Source: Camelus dromedarius
Lineage: Eukaryota
Assembly (NCBI RefSeq): GCF_036321535.1
Contig: NC_087437.1
Coordinates: 118,918,001 to 118,982,000, forward strand
Reading direction: 5' to 3'
Length of the DNA stretch: 64,000 bases
The position numbers and the translations under genes are program-made. The notes under the pieces are model-generated. The model worked only from the letters and a program-made list of their open reading frames with translations. It was not told the origin of the DNA and searched no databases. This document shows positions 39,951 to 54,420 of the stretch, piece by piece. Numbering within the stretch: the stretch's first letter is position 1; every line of letters begins with the position of its first letter.

Positions 39951-41550
39951 GGCTTTTGATGAAGGAACTACAAAGTCAGTGACTCTCCACCTTGGATACC
40001 CATGGAAGCACCTGGGGAAAACCCTAAACTCCAGTGCCCGGGCCACGCTCCGGAAGCAGGCGTTGGTAGTTTTCGGGCTCGCTAGGTCGTGCCAACGTTC
40101 AGCCAAGACTGAAATCACTGTGCTACCTAGTAACTTCAGGAAGAAGGAAAGCAAATACAGGGGAGGTTAAAACAAGAGCACGGGAATCAGTAAACCGCAT
40201 CAGCTAATGCAACTCGCTATTGTCTGGGGGAAATTAGGACTCCTGGCAACAGCTTCGTTGGTTCTGGTGAGGCAGCTATTGGAGAATCTGAATTTCACTT
40301 GGTTCATTCTATCCCAGGTGAATTTTTCTCATTCATTTGCCAGGGAATTTACATCTGTTTGGGGGAGAAGGCACAGTTCAGAGGTGTGATTCTATGACGG
40401 GGTGGACTGCAGTCTGGCTGCCTGTTGGGAATACCTGGGGAATGTTTTAAACCTGTTAGTGCTTGGGGTTCACTCCCTGGGGTGCTGCTTTGATCAATAA
40501 GGGGTGAGGCCTCTCTGATAGGAGCTTTCAGATCTTCGCAGGGGCAGCCAAGTTTGAGGATCCCTGAATTAGGGATTCTCTGGGCCAAGGACCAAGAAGC
40601 ATTGAGTCCAGTGAACTGTACTGAAGCCTCTTAGAAATAATGGGTCGCTGAGCCCTTGAGAAGGTATAAAGATGGCTCATTTTCACAATTATCTTAGATA
40701 AAGAATTCGTGCATGAACCACATTCACACTTTCTGAACTTTGGCACTGTCTAGAGAATTCATGATTAATTTAAATAATTGCTCACTCATATTTTTTTTCT
40801 GAGCTTACTTCCGCTTTTCCCAACTGGAACGACTGGTAGCTCACTGGAGGCGGATGGTGGCTCAGAACTCTTATCTCAGCTGTGGTTTTACTGGGGGAAC
40901 TTTGGACAAATCAGTTTGTTGTTCATTGTTTGGTGAGGTTATCTCTGGGAAGCCCATGTGTATGTATGTGCGGTTATAAAATAATTTGATAATGGGTTCT
41001 CGAGAAAGCATTGAGTTTGGTTTCGGAAGATAAGGCGATTATCTGGGGCTTCCACAGATGCCTAGTGACTTTTGTCCAAGTGCTTCATTTTAATCGATTT
41101 CAACGAGCACTTACGTGGAGTGTTCCCTGTGCGTGGACTCTTGCCCTGCCGTAAACAAGCCCAGAAAGGGTAAGAAAACATCCGTGGCCTGAAGCCTGGA
41201 GTCAGTCTCAATCACCATTCTTGGAACAAGCACTGCAAACGTGAACACCTAAGGAGTCAGACGATGACACTGGGAACCGGAAGGCAAGCTGATAGGAGAG
41301 GGTTTACCCGGGGGCTTAAACCTCCATGCCCGTGGACGCGGCTGTCTACGCCCGTGGACACGGCTGTCTACACCAAGGGCATTTCTGGGCTGACTTAGGT
41401 GAGCATTTTTCACTAAAATAGGATAAGAGCTGGCCAACCTGGACGGGTTTGACTTTTATAAGTCAGACTTTGCCGCCCAGCTTGTTGTTGTTTTCACACC
41501 TGAACGTGCATGAAACCCCCCTAAGCCTGTGGCGTTAAAATGCAGATTCC

Positions 41551-41671
41551 CGGCGGGGTACAGCTCAGTGGTGAGCACAGGCTTAGCATGCCAGAGGTCC
41601 TGGGTTCAATCCCCAGTGCCTCCGTTAAAAAAATAAATAAACCTAATTACCTTCCCCCCCAGAAAAGCTTA
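41551..41671 (+). mobile_element. Vic-1-type camelid SINE inserted in a MER5A-like element
   Basis: A box 'cagctcagtgg', B box 'ggttcaatcc', tail 'aacctaattaccttccccc'. TSD AAAATGCAGATT at 41537-41548 and 41672-41683. Confidence 0.9.
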
Positions 41672-44600
41672 AAAATGCAGATTGCCTGGTCTGACCCTCT
41701 GAGGCTCCGAGTCAGCGGGTTTGGGACGGGGCCCAGGAGTCTGCATTTTAAACCAGCCTCCCAGGACAGCTGTTGCAGGTGGGGCGGCCACACTCTGAGA
41801 AACGCCACACACCACTCCCTGCAGGTTTGGCCACTTCCTCCCGTGGCTCCCCCCTCCCCCCAGCAGCAGGTGCTTCGGCTGCGTCTCTCCTAATGCTGAC
41901 ATCCTTGGGGTCACTTCCCCGATGCCCTGAAATCCACCGCACACCTGAGTAACTGCTACAAGAACAGGAAACGATGATTTACCACCGGTCCTTTCCCAGA
42001 ACACTTCACAAGTACCGATGCTGCTTTGCTGGAGACTTGGTGGCCTCGGGTGACAGCTGTCACCATGAAAACTGTCACCCAGTTGCAGGTCGAGGGGCCC
42101 ATGACTGTCGGCGCTGCCCAGGGACCCAGCTAATGGCATGCTGCTGCAAGAGCTGGGCCATTCGTGTGTGTCCAAGGAGCATGGAGCGCCTTGATTCCTC
42201 ACTTCACACATGGGGAAACAGGCTTTCAAGGCTACTGGTTCCCCAGGTCCCAGCACCGGGGCAGAGCCCAGCCTGTGCTCAGACCTCTGCTCCATCCCCT
42301 CTGTTCCACTCAGCCCCACTCCTTTCTTCCTTGCTTCACCAGACTCTTCCTGGTCCAAATTCTCCCATGATGGGTGACCTTGGACAGCCAGCATCCCACA
42401 TCCTGAGTGCTTCCGTCGGCACAGAACATCTGGGATTGGCTGACTCTCTGGACCAGCAAACTCACACAGTTGGAGTTTGTCCGAAGCCGAGGTCTGTGGC
42501 CACAGCGAGATGGGGAAAGGCCCCCAGGCCCCCTGTAGTAGCTTGGTTCTACCTGGGGCAGAATTGGTCACCTGACTCCAGGCAGTTTTCCTGAATAGAA
42601 TCTGGCAGGGCTGCAAACACGACTCTTATCTAAGGGTAAGGAGTGCACAGCGCTGGCTTGCTCCCTCTCTCTCTCCCTGCCCCCCTGACCCCCCTTACCC
42701 CCCCAACACCTCCTAGATTAGGGGCTTTCAAGGTCAACTCTGGCCCAGATCACAGTAGTTCTGAAGAAGGGACAGGATTGTGTCCCAGGACAGCCTTAGC
42801 CTCGCCCAGCGGTATCCTCATTGCCCCCCAAACCAGGCGGACAGGGAGAGCCAGGGATGAATTGAGGCCCCCACTGTGGTGGCCAGAATGAGCCTTTGTC
42901 CCCTGGGTTCCTAGGGCCCATGGCCAAGGGCACAGACCACTGAAGCCCCCGCAGGATCGACAGTCGCCTTGGGCAGGTGACTCAACTCATGGCTCACAGC
43001 ATTTTGCATTTTAACCAAAATCCAGTGTTGGCAGAGTTTGTCTTACAGATAAGAAAGTAAACTTAAAAAAAAAAAAAAAAACCCAACAATCAGCCCATAG
43101 GACAGAGAATTATGAACCGTTGCCCTCATTGTAGCTCCTCCCCAACCTGAAACTCCTAAAGGGCTGGGCTTGTTTATCCAACGAAACACTGCCTTGGTGG
43201 GTCACCAACGCTGGGGCGTGGCACCTACAGGCAGCAGATGCTGTCCACTCTGTCCCCTGTGGCCCTGTGTCTGCTGTGTCCACTCTGACCTCACTATGGT
43301 CTGAATGTCTGTGTCCCCCAAATTTATATGTTAAATCCCCCAAAGCGATGGTGTTGGGGAGGCGGTTGGGGTTAGGTGGTTGGGCGGTGGTTAGGTGTCC
43401 AGCAATTTCCATCGAAGTCTAGATGGACACCTGACGGCTGGACACGGGGGCAGGGGGCTGTGAGAAGCTGCGGGCTCGGGAAGTTTGCCAGGAAGGCGGG
43501 AAAGAGATCCTGCAGGACCTGGAGGGAGCCAGGTCAGGGAAGAACCCCAGGGGTGGCGCATCCCCAGGTGACTGCACCTTCCGCGGGGGTGGGATGAGGA
43601 AGGGGAAGGAGTAGCACCACCGAGGAGTGAGAGGCAGCGAGGAAGCTGGGAAGGGACGAGGAAAAGAGGCATCCGCCTGGGGCTGAGGGGGAGCGTTTTC
43701 ACTCGGGAATATTTGCAACAGGTGCCTCTCCCTTCTCTCTCCCTCTCTCTCTTTCTCTCCTGAAATGAAAGATTAGGGAAAGGCAACAATTCCAAATTGC
43801 CTTTTTCTACTATGCTTCATTGTACATACCTTCCAGAAAGAAATAGATACTAACATTCTCTCTGATTTTAGACTTGATACATATTTTCAGCTTAAGGACC
43901 GTGCTTTCCTGGTAAGCGAGTGTTTACAAATTCACATTTAGGTTCATCCTGGATTGACTCACCGTCTCTTTTCGGACAGAGGCCGGCCAGGTGCATGGGG
44001 TTTGCAGTCAGACCTGAACTCAGCGTGCACCCCAGGTCTGGCTTTTCCAGTGGTGACTCGGGTCCTCTTCACCTCTCCCCAGTCAGTAAATCATTGTTGC
44101 CATGTCATAGGAAATGCCCAGAATGCACTTGCCCCATCCGTGACACCTTTTTGTATTTCTTCAGTGAGTGTAGCAAAATGCGCCGTTTCCAGGGGTGACT
44201 CATGTGGCATGTGAGTCACTGGTCCGTGGAAAGCAGAGCAAAGGGCAGCTCCCCCGATGCCAGGCTGCTTCCTTGTTGCTCATCTGTTGGGTTTTCTTTT
44301 CCTCGGCTTTTTCTTCAAATGGTTTTCGACAGGTGTTTAGTGCAGTGTGACTTCCTCGGGGTGCCCCCTCTCCTTCCCCAAGCCTTCTTCCTTTTGCATA
44401 ACTTATCATCCCCAGTGGCTCCAAGATAACCACCCCTATTTCCTGCTGCCGAAAAACTGCCCTTAACACGCAACACGTTTCCTTTTTCCCCGTCACTCCT
44501 CTCCTTTCCCCAAAATTCTGCTGTGAAGTACATCCCCCGGATAACACAGTTCGGCTGGTGGTATTGTGAGCTGGAGGGTCCCCGTCTGGGAAACATAGGC

Positions 44601-44844
44601 AGGTTGCTGTGGGATGATGTCTCTTGTGGTCTTTCAAACAATTGTCAGCGGGCCTTTCAAATTCCTTCTCCCAAAGGCTGTGTCCAAACCGGGCTGGGTT
44701 TGGGGACCCCTCTCCAACGACCCAAAGCTCGGTGTGGGGCCCACTCACTCTAATTCAGTTTTAGATATGACGTTATTTATTAATTTCTTGGTGTAATAAA
44801 AGTGACCACTGTACTCCAATGTCGAAGAATGGAGAAAACACCAA

Positions 44845-45610
44845 TTTTATTTTCTTTCTTTTATCAAAGTGTAGTTGATTTACAATATTGTGTTAGTTTC
44901 TAGTGTACAGCAAAGTGACTCAGTTATACATGTATACATATTCTTTTTCATTATGGTTTATTATAGGATGTGGAGTACAGTTCCCTGTGCTGTACAGTGG
45001 GACTTTGTTGTTTGTCAATTTTATATGGAGTGGTTTGTATCTGCTGATCCCAAATTCCAACATATCCCTCCACGGTTCCCTTTCCCTTTTGGTAACCATA
45101 AGTTTTTTTCTATGTCTGTGACTCTCTGTTTCATAAGTAAGTTTATTTGTGTCCTATTTTAGATTCCACATATAAGTGATATCACATGATATTTGTCTTT
45201 CTCTGTCTGACTTATTTCACTTAGTATGATAATTTCTAGGTCCATCCATGTTGCTGCAAGTGGCATTATTTCATTCTTTTTTAATGGCTGAGTAGTATTC
45301 CACTGTATATACACCATATCTTTATTCATGCATCTGTTGATGGACATTTAGGTTGTTTCCACATCTTGGCTATTGTAAATAGCGCTGCTGTAAACATTGG
45401 GTTGCATGTATCTTTTTGAAATAGAGTTTTCATCTTTTCTGGATGTAAGTCCAGGAGTGGGATTGCTGGATTGTAGGATAAGTCTATTTTTAGTTTTTTA
45501 AGGAACCTCCATACTGTTTTCCCTAATGGCTGCACCAAACTGCATTCCCACCAGCAGTGTAGGAGGGCTCCCTTTCCTCCACACCCTCTCCAGCATTTGT
45601 TATTTGTAGA
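44845..45610 (-). mobile_element. L1 3' fragment (ORF2 C-terminus and 3'UTR)
   Basis: Peptides [28 protein letters not shown] and [17 protein letters not shown]. Confidence 0.92.
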
Positions 45611-48600
45611 CTGAGAAAATATCGATTTTAGGGTGACATTTAGATTTAATGCATGCAGTCATATGGGGAAAGAGGAGAAAATGAAGAGACTCTGATGTCT
45701 GAGCATGTCCCCTTCCTGATAAAACCAGTGGTTTAGAACGAGGACAAACCCCCGAAGGAAGCTGCTCCACCCCCGAGCCCGTGCGCCCTCTCCCTGCTCC
45801 TCCCCTCCCCTCACGCTCACTGCACGCTCCCTCTCGCCTCAGGAGTCCCACACGTGCTGTTGCTTCTACCTGGACACTCTTCCCACTGCTTCACCTCATT
45901 GACATGGCTGAATCAACCTGAGCTCTGGCCTCAAAGCCCTCGTCCCTTGGGGAATCTTTCCCTGACCTCCAGAGGGGCTCACATCTCCAGGGTTCATGCT
46001 TTCACAGCACCCACACCCTTTGTGGGTGGTCCGTGGGGCCAGATGACATCTGTCTGCAGCGTTCTCTCTACACCTGTCCCTGCCCAGGTGAGTAGCACGG
46101 CCCATGCAGAGGCCAGACGAAGGACGCGCCGTCCTAAGTGCTTGATACGTTTACCACAGTGAGTGTCCACAGCAAACCTCAGGGGCTGCCACCAGCCCGT
46201 TTTATGAATAAGGAAGCTGAGGCTTAGGGGTAGTAAACACGTTGCCCAAAGGCCAGTGGCTGGTGCATGTGGGAGCCCGAATTCCAGGAGCTCTTCACCA
46301 CTGAGCTAAAGATCCCCCAGCTTTTCCTTAAATTAGATCTGGCTGTGGCTGAGTTATCCCAATAGCTGCCCTACCGTTGGCTTCCCTCTGAACTCCCTGA
46401 ATCCTGATTTGTAACCTGAACTGCAAAGGGGCAAGGGAGCCCTTCTGGCCTTTTCCTGGGAGGAAAGGACAGCCCTCTAGCTGTCCCCTGTTTTCTACTC
46501 AGTTATCTAAGTGGGGCTCTCTCAGAGCTAGCAGGACCTCAGCCTTGGGAACCCTTGTGGGGGCAGGGGCCCACACAGAGGTAAAGCATGTCCTGGGTCC
46601 TGCCACATAGGGGAGGGGATTTCCTCTGCTTCTCCAGTGAAATTAAATGAATGACCGTGGAGGAATGAGTGAGGGCCAATAATAGCCTGGGGGCCACTTT
46701 TAGAGATGAGTTTCTCTGTTAAAGGGGATTCTCTTATGACAATCCTTATCAGTCCTTTACACTTAAGTGAGAATTAGTAATAGCTTGCCCTCCTCCTACC
46801 CCACCGGCTGTATAGAAAAAAGAAGGTTTGGGGGAGAACCTGGGTTCCAAAGGCTGAGGGATTTAAAGTGCCAGGAGGGAATGGAAGGGTCCTGAAGACA
46901 ATCTGTGTTCAATTTGCCATCTTTGCTGGATTGGCCTTGCCTCCCTTGTAAGCCCCAGAGAAGAAATCTGGTACCTAAGAGCCACAGAAACACCTAATTT
47001 GGCTTTAGGATCGACTCTCACCTGCCTAATCCCTCCTCTGGGACGGATGACAGTGAGCTGCCGGCCCATGGGCCATGGTGTGTGTGCAGCAGTCCCTCTG
47101 GGGACCCCAAGAGTCTCCGCTTATGCCTGAGATCGGCCCTCTCTGAGGGCCTCCCCCTGGAGGGAGAAAAGCACACCTGCGGCCAGGGCCCCTCTGGTAC
47201 CCGTGGCCTTGGCCCTGGATTCCATCTCCTCGGGCCGAGCGGCCAAGGGATCTCAGCAGTTGCTGTTTGGGACCAGGATGTCACAGTGAACCAAGAAAGT
47301 GACCTGCCCTGGGGGCTTGAGCCACCTCCAGGGAGTGTGTGTTCATTTCAGGATCAGCACAGTGTTGTGCAGAGACCGCGCACTGGCGTTTCCCGGCCCT
47401 GCAGGAACCGCCTGTGCGGCCACTGCGGCTGGACCTCCACTTCTCTGTGGGGGCTCCCGCGGGGGAGTCTAGTCCCCCAGACCGAGGCCTCCCTCCTGGG
47501 GCCAGCCCAGCCCCAGGTTCTGCTTCCCAGACCCGTCACAGACCCTGCTACCCGCCCGCATCCTCCTAAGTTCACTGTCAATTGCCTTGAACTCAGCTTC
47601 GAGAGCAAACACTACATGGACATGTTGACCCTGTCTTTCTACAGCAGCAGGTCCAGATTTAGGATACAAACTGTGGTTCTGAACACTCCGGAGCCATGGG
47701 CCCCATAAGCCAGTTGTAAATGTTGATGAGACCAGAAAAGCCTGGATGACAGTACAGGACCAGAGGAGACAGAGACTGGTGGGTGGCCTTCCAGGAGGAG
47801 GACAGAAGCCGGGCAGGTGGACGGGTGGCCTTCCTCCAGGCAGGTGGGGGGAGGGGTGGGGGGGAAGCAGGGCGGGGGAGGGAGCCACCGAGGGATGGGG
47901 GTGCCCTCTGGCCTCAGCCCTCTCTGGGCGGATCCAGCTGACATTACTCTGAATAGCATTTTAATTGTAGCCGGGCTCCAGCATATTTTACAGCGCTTTA
48001 AAATGCTGGATTCATTTCACACCGTTCTCGTAAAGTAGATGGGAGTGCTATTTTCATTTTATGGAATGAACTGAGCAAACACCCCTGGACCATAACGTCA
48101 CGGAACCAGTCAGCACCTGAGCGGAGAGGTTAATTCCAGAACTGCTGGTTCCCAGGGTGCAGGCGAAACCCAGGGGATGGGTTCCTCTAGGCGGGCCCTG
48201 GGCTGCTCCCTTTCCCCTCCCAAGTGCAGACCCCACCCCTGGGCCCCACCTGTGATGAGCGACACTGAACAGAGGGGCCCCAGAAGTGGCAAGAGGAGAG
48301 ACGCAGGTGGAAAGGGGCCAGGGAGCTGGCGGGGCAGCTGCGCCCAGGAGGCTCCCGGAGGCGCTGACTGCAGGGAGAAGCCCCCTCAGCTCCTCCTTGG
48401 CCATCCTCCTCCCGAGGTCCCCGCTCGGAGCACAGGTGGGTTACCCAAACACTCTACTCATCACCTCCTCCCAGAGCACCCGGGCGTCATCCACTCCCCT
48501 CTCCTAAGTTAAGCCTAATGGCCACCGGGACAACAGAGGGGCGGCCAGGTCACTCTGGCCCTGGAGCGCATTAATCATAGACACACACCCTGGGGGCATC

Positions 48601-51600
48601 CAAGCCCAGTGGGAGATGGCGTCTCTCCTGCAGCCCTGGGGACTGTCCTTCCCAGTGGGGACGGGAGCTCTCCGTGTTTACGCGCAGGCGGAGCAACGTG
48701 GAGCCGGAGGCAGGAGAAAGGGCGGCGAGCCCTGGGGGGGGGGGGGCTGCGGGGGGCCTGTGCGGAAGGCTGCTGTCTGGAAAGGCTGTGCCCTCAGGTG
48801 CACGAGCAATCCGCCCACCGTGGGAAGGGGCCGGCCGGCAAAGGCCCCTGCTGTGGGCTGGTTCTGGGTAGAGGGAAAAATGTCTTTCATGTGAATTCAT
48901 AACCACTAGGCCATTCTTCGTGTGGGCTTTGGGTGGAAGCCCAGCCTCATGTCTCGCTGTAAGAGGAGGTAGCTGGGCCTTCTGCCGTGCCGGGGAGGGA
49001 GCTTTCCCCACGCCTGAGAGGCCGTGCCCCCTGGGAATCCCTGGGAGTCAGGGAGCACGCAGATGGCTGCCCCCTGGCAGCTGGAATCGCACTTCTGAAC
49101 CCATCAGGGGGCAGCGCCCCGCGTCTGCGGCAGGCGCTGGGCAGCACACACAGCAGTGGGGGAGCAGAGCACCTGGTCCACAGGAGGAAGAGTACGCTCC
49201 CTCTCCTTTCTTTCTGTCTGTGTGTCTCTCCCCATCTCTCTGTCTCTATCTCTGTCTGCCTGTCTGTCTGTCCCTTTGCTTTTATGATGGTGACCAGAGG
49301 ATGCTGTGTTGGAGAACCAGCCAAGTAGCCAAGTCACCCAAACACAGAGCCCACAGAAGTGGATGGGAGCAGGGCCCACACCCCAGGAGATGCGGACCAC
49401 AGTCCCGCGCAAGTCCTGTCTGGGAGAACGTGTGTGGGTGCAAACTGGGGACTCGGGGGGCTGCCAAGATCAGTAAGAGCCTCAGTTTCCTCCGGGCTGC
49501 AGGCGGGTCGCCCAGTGCAGTGTTGCGTGTCACCAGGGCTGTGTCAGCATTTGCCAAATTTCACTGTAAGTTTTCAACAACCTGGGATTCAGGTTTCCTC
49601 TTCAGGGATAGAGTTGGGTCAGGGAAGTTGGATCCAGAATGTCCTCACTGTGAGGGGCGTGGTTTTCCCACTGACTGTGGTTAAAGCCACAGGGCCTGGT
49701 CTGAAATCAGGGTTAAGCAGGGTGGGACCTGGGCATGTGGGGTGGGGGACCCTGGGGGGCCCTGGGACCCTCTTCCCCATCAAGGGGAACTCACATGCTA
49801 AAGAAGCCCCATCTCTTCCTTTTGCCTTGTAGAGCCTCACGCCCTCCTGTGTCTTCTGTTCCCAGCACGTGGAATTCTCCAGCTGGGCTAGACAGAACCT
49901 AATTTTGCCAAAAGACACCAGTGTCTGACATTCTCAGTTCTTTAAAGCAAAAGTTCTCTTAACAGTCCCTGAAGAGTGGGAGAGTTTAGCAATTAAGACT
50001 ATAATTTTTGCAAGACACAGAGAAAACAGGGCTGGATGGTACGTGCCAGTCCCTCCCCACAAGGAATTGACAGCTTCTTAAAGCGCACACCTCACCGCCG
50101 GGCAGGGATCCTGGTGTCCTCACTGACCCACACGGGCAGGCACCATTAATCGCCAACCCAGTATCCATTTCCCCGCATCCTAACAGAACTCCAGTTATGT
50201 CCAGGCAGGTAACACGTGCCGCAAAAGTACTCACCTTTTCAGACTCACCTGAAGCTAAGGGTGGTCACCTGACTCTTCTGGCAAACAAGACATAAACAGC
50301 AATCTGCTGGGACTTCTGAGAAAGCTTTTACTTCCCGGCAACAGGCACCACTCTTCCTTCTCCCATTCTTTCTTCCTCCTTGAACTGCAGAAGCAATGCC
50401 CGGAGCTGTAGCAGCCACCATACAATCATGAAGCAATATCCTGGGGGATGAAAGCCAACCTGAAGAGGGTGGAGCAGAGACATGAAAAAGGCAAGGGTCC
50501 CTGATGGCATCACTGGGTCACTGCCCAAATGGAGGGCCTCCCATGTGACTTCTTATAACAGGAGACAAAGACATTATGAAACCTGGGTTGGTCAGGGAGC
50601 ATGTGATTTGCAGGGGAACGCTCCTAGGATGCACCTGAGTTTACACGGAGGCTTTGTCATCTGATCAGAAGAGACCTGGGCTGAAGGCCCTGCTGTAAAG
50701 ACACAGGAGGTGACCACTGACCGGCTTCCTGGGCCAGCTTCCCCTGCTGAGGCTGAGTGTCCGGGTTCTGTGCGTCCCAGAGCCCTGCGCTGTGACCGAG
50801 CGCCCTGGGCGATCTTGGAGTCCTGGGTGGGGGGTGGTCTGCTAACATGTTAGGCAACATAAAGGCAGAAGCTCGGCTTCTCTGGACCCCAGTTTTTGTT
50901 TGTTTGATTGATTCCCTTTTGTTTTTACTCTAAATTAGGCCTCCCTCCTGATCTATCCTTCTCTTTGCCCGGCTGAGGGCGGCAAGATTGCCAGTACATG
51001 GAGGTGGAAAGGGCAGGAAGATTTCACTGGAAAACTTTTCTGACTCTGATGAGATAATCATCTGTTGTTGGAGGTGGGAGCAGGTGTCCCCACGTGAAAC
51101 AGAGCTGGGTTTTACCCGAGAAGTGTTTTGGTTTCCTTCCTGTTTTACAAGAACACACACCGAGTATCACTGATGTTGGTATGAACTCAGCACCTGAGCA
51201 CAAATATTTACATTCCAGGTGAGTTAGCCTCGCTCCCAGGTCTGCTGGGTCAGCTCAGGGACCAGCACGTACCCAGGAAAGAACGCCCTGGCCGGGGCCC
51301 CGGAGGCTCCGGACTCCTGAGGGTGGACACGTGAAGCCTTTGACCCGATTTGCTGGGTGAGACTCCTGAGAAATGAGAACGGTTCCCTCCTCGTGGCCCT
51401 TGCTCTGCAAATCCTCAGCCTGGGGCCAGACCCACCCGGCTGCATTCCATCCACTGACCCCGCAGCCGGACACAGGACAGAGGCCATGCGGGGACCCTCC
51501 CACTGCCTCCTTCAGGAAGAGCTGTTCCCGCCAGGCTTCCCAGAGGGCTGGCCGCCCTGAGAAATCCAAGCCCCACTGGTTGTGTAAGGCTGGGCTCCGG

Positions 51601-53499
51601 GGATTTGGGGGTGGGGGACCCAACAGAAACCTTTGACTCCCTGCTCTGTCCTCCCCGCCCTGCTCCCCACCCTGGCACCGCAAATCCAGCAGTGAGGAGC
51701 CGGCTCGTCTGCCCCCATAATTGTCAACAATAGAACTCCTGTTGCTACTACCCCTGTAGACAGCTCCGACTGCTCACGCACGTTGCCGGGCTGGGAGATG
51801 GAGCCGAGAGGCCGGGGCTCGCGCCTTTCCGGCGCTGGCTCCTCTGTCCTGATCCGGGCCAGCTCTCCGGCTGCACGCTCCGAGGACTCAGGGCCAGGCT
51901 GTTAATTTTGTACCTCTGTCTCGAGACATGGTGCTTGTATACAGTTAGTGCCCAATGCTTCCTCCTTTGGGATATCCTTTTTCTATTTGACTTAAGGACA
52001 TGCGTTTGGCTTTGAAGGGCTTGCTCTTGCTTTTGAAACTCAAAAAGTGATCTGATGAGGCTACAATCGCTTAGGCACCTTCTTTTACCTGAGGCTTTCA
52101 GATAATTCACATCACAGGGTGTTTAATGCTCAGACTGGACCCATTTGGGGCAAAGTACTAAGGAACACACACACACGTGTGCACACACATGGCCTAGACA
52201 GGCCATGTTTTCTCAAGACTAAAGACCTCACGCACAGTAAGATACTCTATCATTTTATGAACATCTAACCAAAAGTAGTGGCTGCCACCTGAACTACGCT
52301 ACGCCGTCATTTAGAAAATGTCTCCCCATTTCAGAGATGTTAAAATGTGGCTGTGAGTCCGGGAGGTACAGCAGTTAAGCATCTTGACAGGATGTGTGCT
52401 GTCATGTTAGAGAGACCAGACTTCTATACCTGAAATAGATTAAAAACCAAGATAGTCTGTACTTAAGAACTACACAGTTCGGCCCAGGGGAGACGCTTCA
52501 TGGGAATTCAGAGGGGAGAAACACCAGCTGGGCGGAGGCGGATTGAGGAAGGATTTGAAAGGAAGGTGAAGTTATTTGAGCCTTGAAGAGTGAGGCTCTG
52601 AATGCAAGGAGGGGCCGGGAGGTGGCATCATGGAAGGTCCTCGGCGCTCAGGCGTGGGCAGGGAGGTGAGGCGGGGACAGGCCCGGGCAGGGGCAGCAGT
52701 GCCGGGCAGCCGTCACACTGACTGCAGCTCGGCTGTGGTGGTAGGGGTGCCCGGTCACCTGTACACAGAGCTCTTCGCACACTGTCACGTCACCATCCTC
52801 ACGGCCCGGCGGTGAGGCAGGTTCCCCAGGAGCACAAGTCGTGCACTCAGTAAGTGCTTCCAGGAGAGCCTGGTAAGGGACCGGGACGGACAACCAGCTC
52901 AGGAACCGGAAGAAGGCCAAGTACCAGCTTGATCCCAGGGGGGCACCGAGTGTGCGTATGTCACGTCTCAGAGAACGGAAGCTGTGGGTGCACCTGTCAT
53001 CCTGGGCTGGTGGAAGTGGGGCCCGGGAGGATGGAAATCCCCATGCACTGCAGACTTGCTAAGATGTGTGGCAAAGTGACTCCTCCAGGAGGTCCTCCAA
53101 GGAGACCTGCAGGTGAGGGTTGTCCCAGGCAAACCCACATAGAAGCCAGGAGGCGCACGGGTGTGGGGGATGGGGTCTGAGAGCATCTGGGCACAGCCCC
53201 ACGGTGTTGGCCCAACAGGCATCATTACCCCCTTGTACAGGTGAAGGCGATTGAGCTCTCTAAGGTGACACTTATGGGAACTAGAAACAGGCTCTCCAAC
53301 TGGAATAAAGCATTTTATGCATTTTTCCATTCAGTGAGCACTTATTTTTTCTCTACAGCCAACGGCCGAGAACTGGATTTGATTGCACAGTAAAGAAACT
53401 TGAATTAAAATAAGAGAGACAGAACCATCAGTGAGCTGTAGAATTCCTCAACTATCTTTTGTTCCCTTTGCTCTACATTAAAATAGAAAGATGGTAAGT

Positions 53500-53532
<33 letters not shown>
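53500..53532. repeat. (GATA)n microsatellite
   Basis: Perfect GATA run. Confidence 0.92.
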
Positions 53533-53533
<1 letters not shown>

Positions 53534-53559
53534 AAGAAAGAATAATGCCATAAGGAAAG

Positions 53560-54420
53560 TATAAGACAAAAAACAAGTTAGGAAAAGATGTTTACAACTT
53601 GTACCACAGAAAATGTGTTTCATCACTAATATTTAAGAGCTGCCAGAAGTCAGGGAAGGGAAAGACCAGCACATCAAGACTTTAAATGGGCGGGAGACAT
53701 GAACAGCAATTCACAGAAAAAGACACGCACGTGGGTTTGAACATACAAGAAGATGCTCAAACTCATGTTAAGAGGAAGGTAAATATTTTAAAAGCTACAA
53801 AAGATACTGTTTCCCAGCTGCCAGAATGACAAAAAGCCAAAATCTTGATGACATGTGCAGTTGGAAAAACTGGACAAAAAAAAATTGGCCTTCTCATGCC
53901 CTACAGGAGTGCAAAATGGAGCAACCCAGTACACGGGGGAGTTTGACAGGATCAGGGAAAATTACTTCTTGGTCCAGAGATAAACAATAAATAATAAAAC
54001 AAATTGTAGAAATTCATTGCAAAGATACACCAGCAAAGTCAGTAAACGATGTCTGCTCGTAGCTGAGTTATTCAGAACAGCCAAGTACCGGAGGAAAATC
54101 AGCTTTCCATCAATAAAACTGTGTTATGTTCACATACGGAGAGCCACACAGCCTTAAAAAGCAGTGAGGGGGTCTCCGTATACCGCTGCGGAGTGGTCCC
54201 CAGGGTATAAGGGGGAGGAGAAAGGCAAGGTACCGACCAGTGTGTCTAATACGCTGCCTTTTGTGTGAAAAGGGGGAATAAACACACACGGATTTTTGGT
54301 TGCATTAAAGAAACAAGGAAAGGATAAACCAAAACCTAATGAAACTATTACTCATAGAGGAAATTTTTTAAAATTAGGTAGAGGGAACTGCGGTGAAAGG
54401 CAGACCTCAGTGAACGAATC
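53560..54420 (+). mobile_element. Old L1M 3' fragment
   Basis: 'gacatgaacagcaattcacagaaaa..aagatgctcaaactca'. Confidence 0.65.

Noticed and set aside
41328..41371. 22-bp direct duplication gcccgtggacRcggctgtctac
   Set aside because: A two-copy local tandem duplication without spacers; not CRISPR-like and no evident function.
41669..42616. 315-aa minus-strand ORF
   Set aside because: It runs into a MER5A-like repeat and resembles no protein family.
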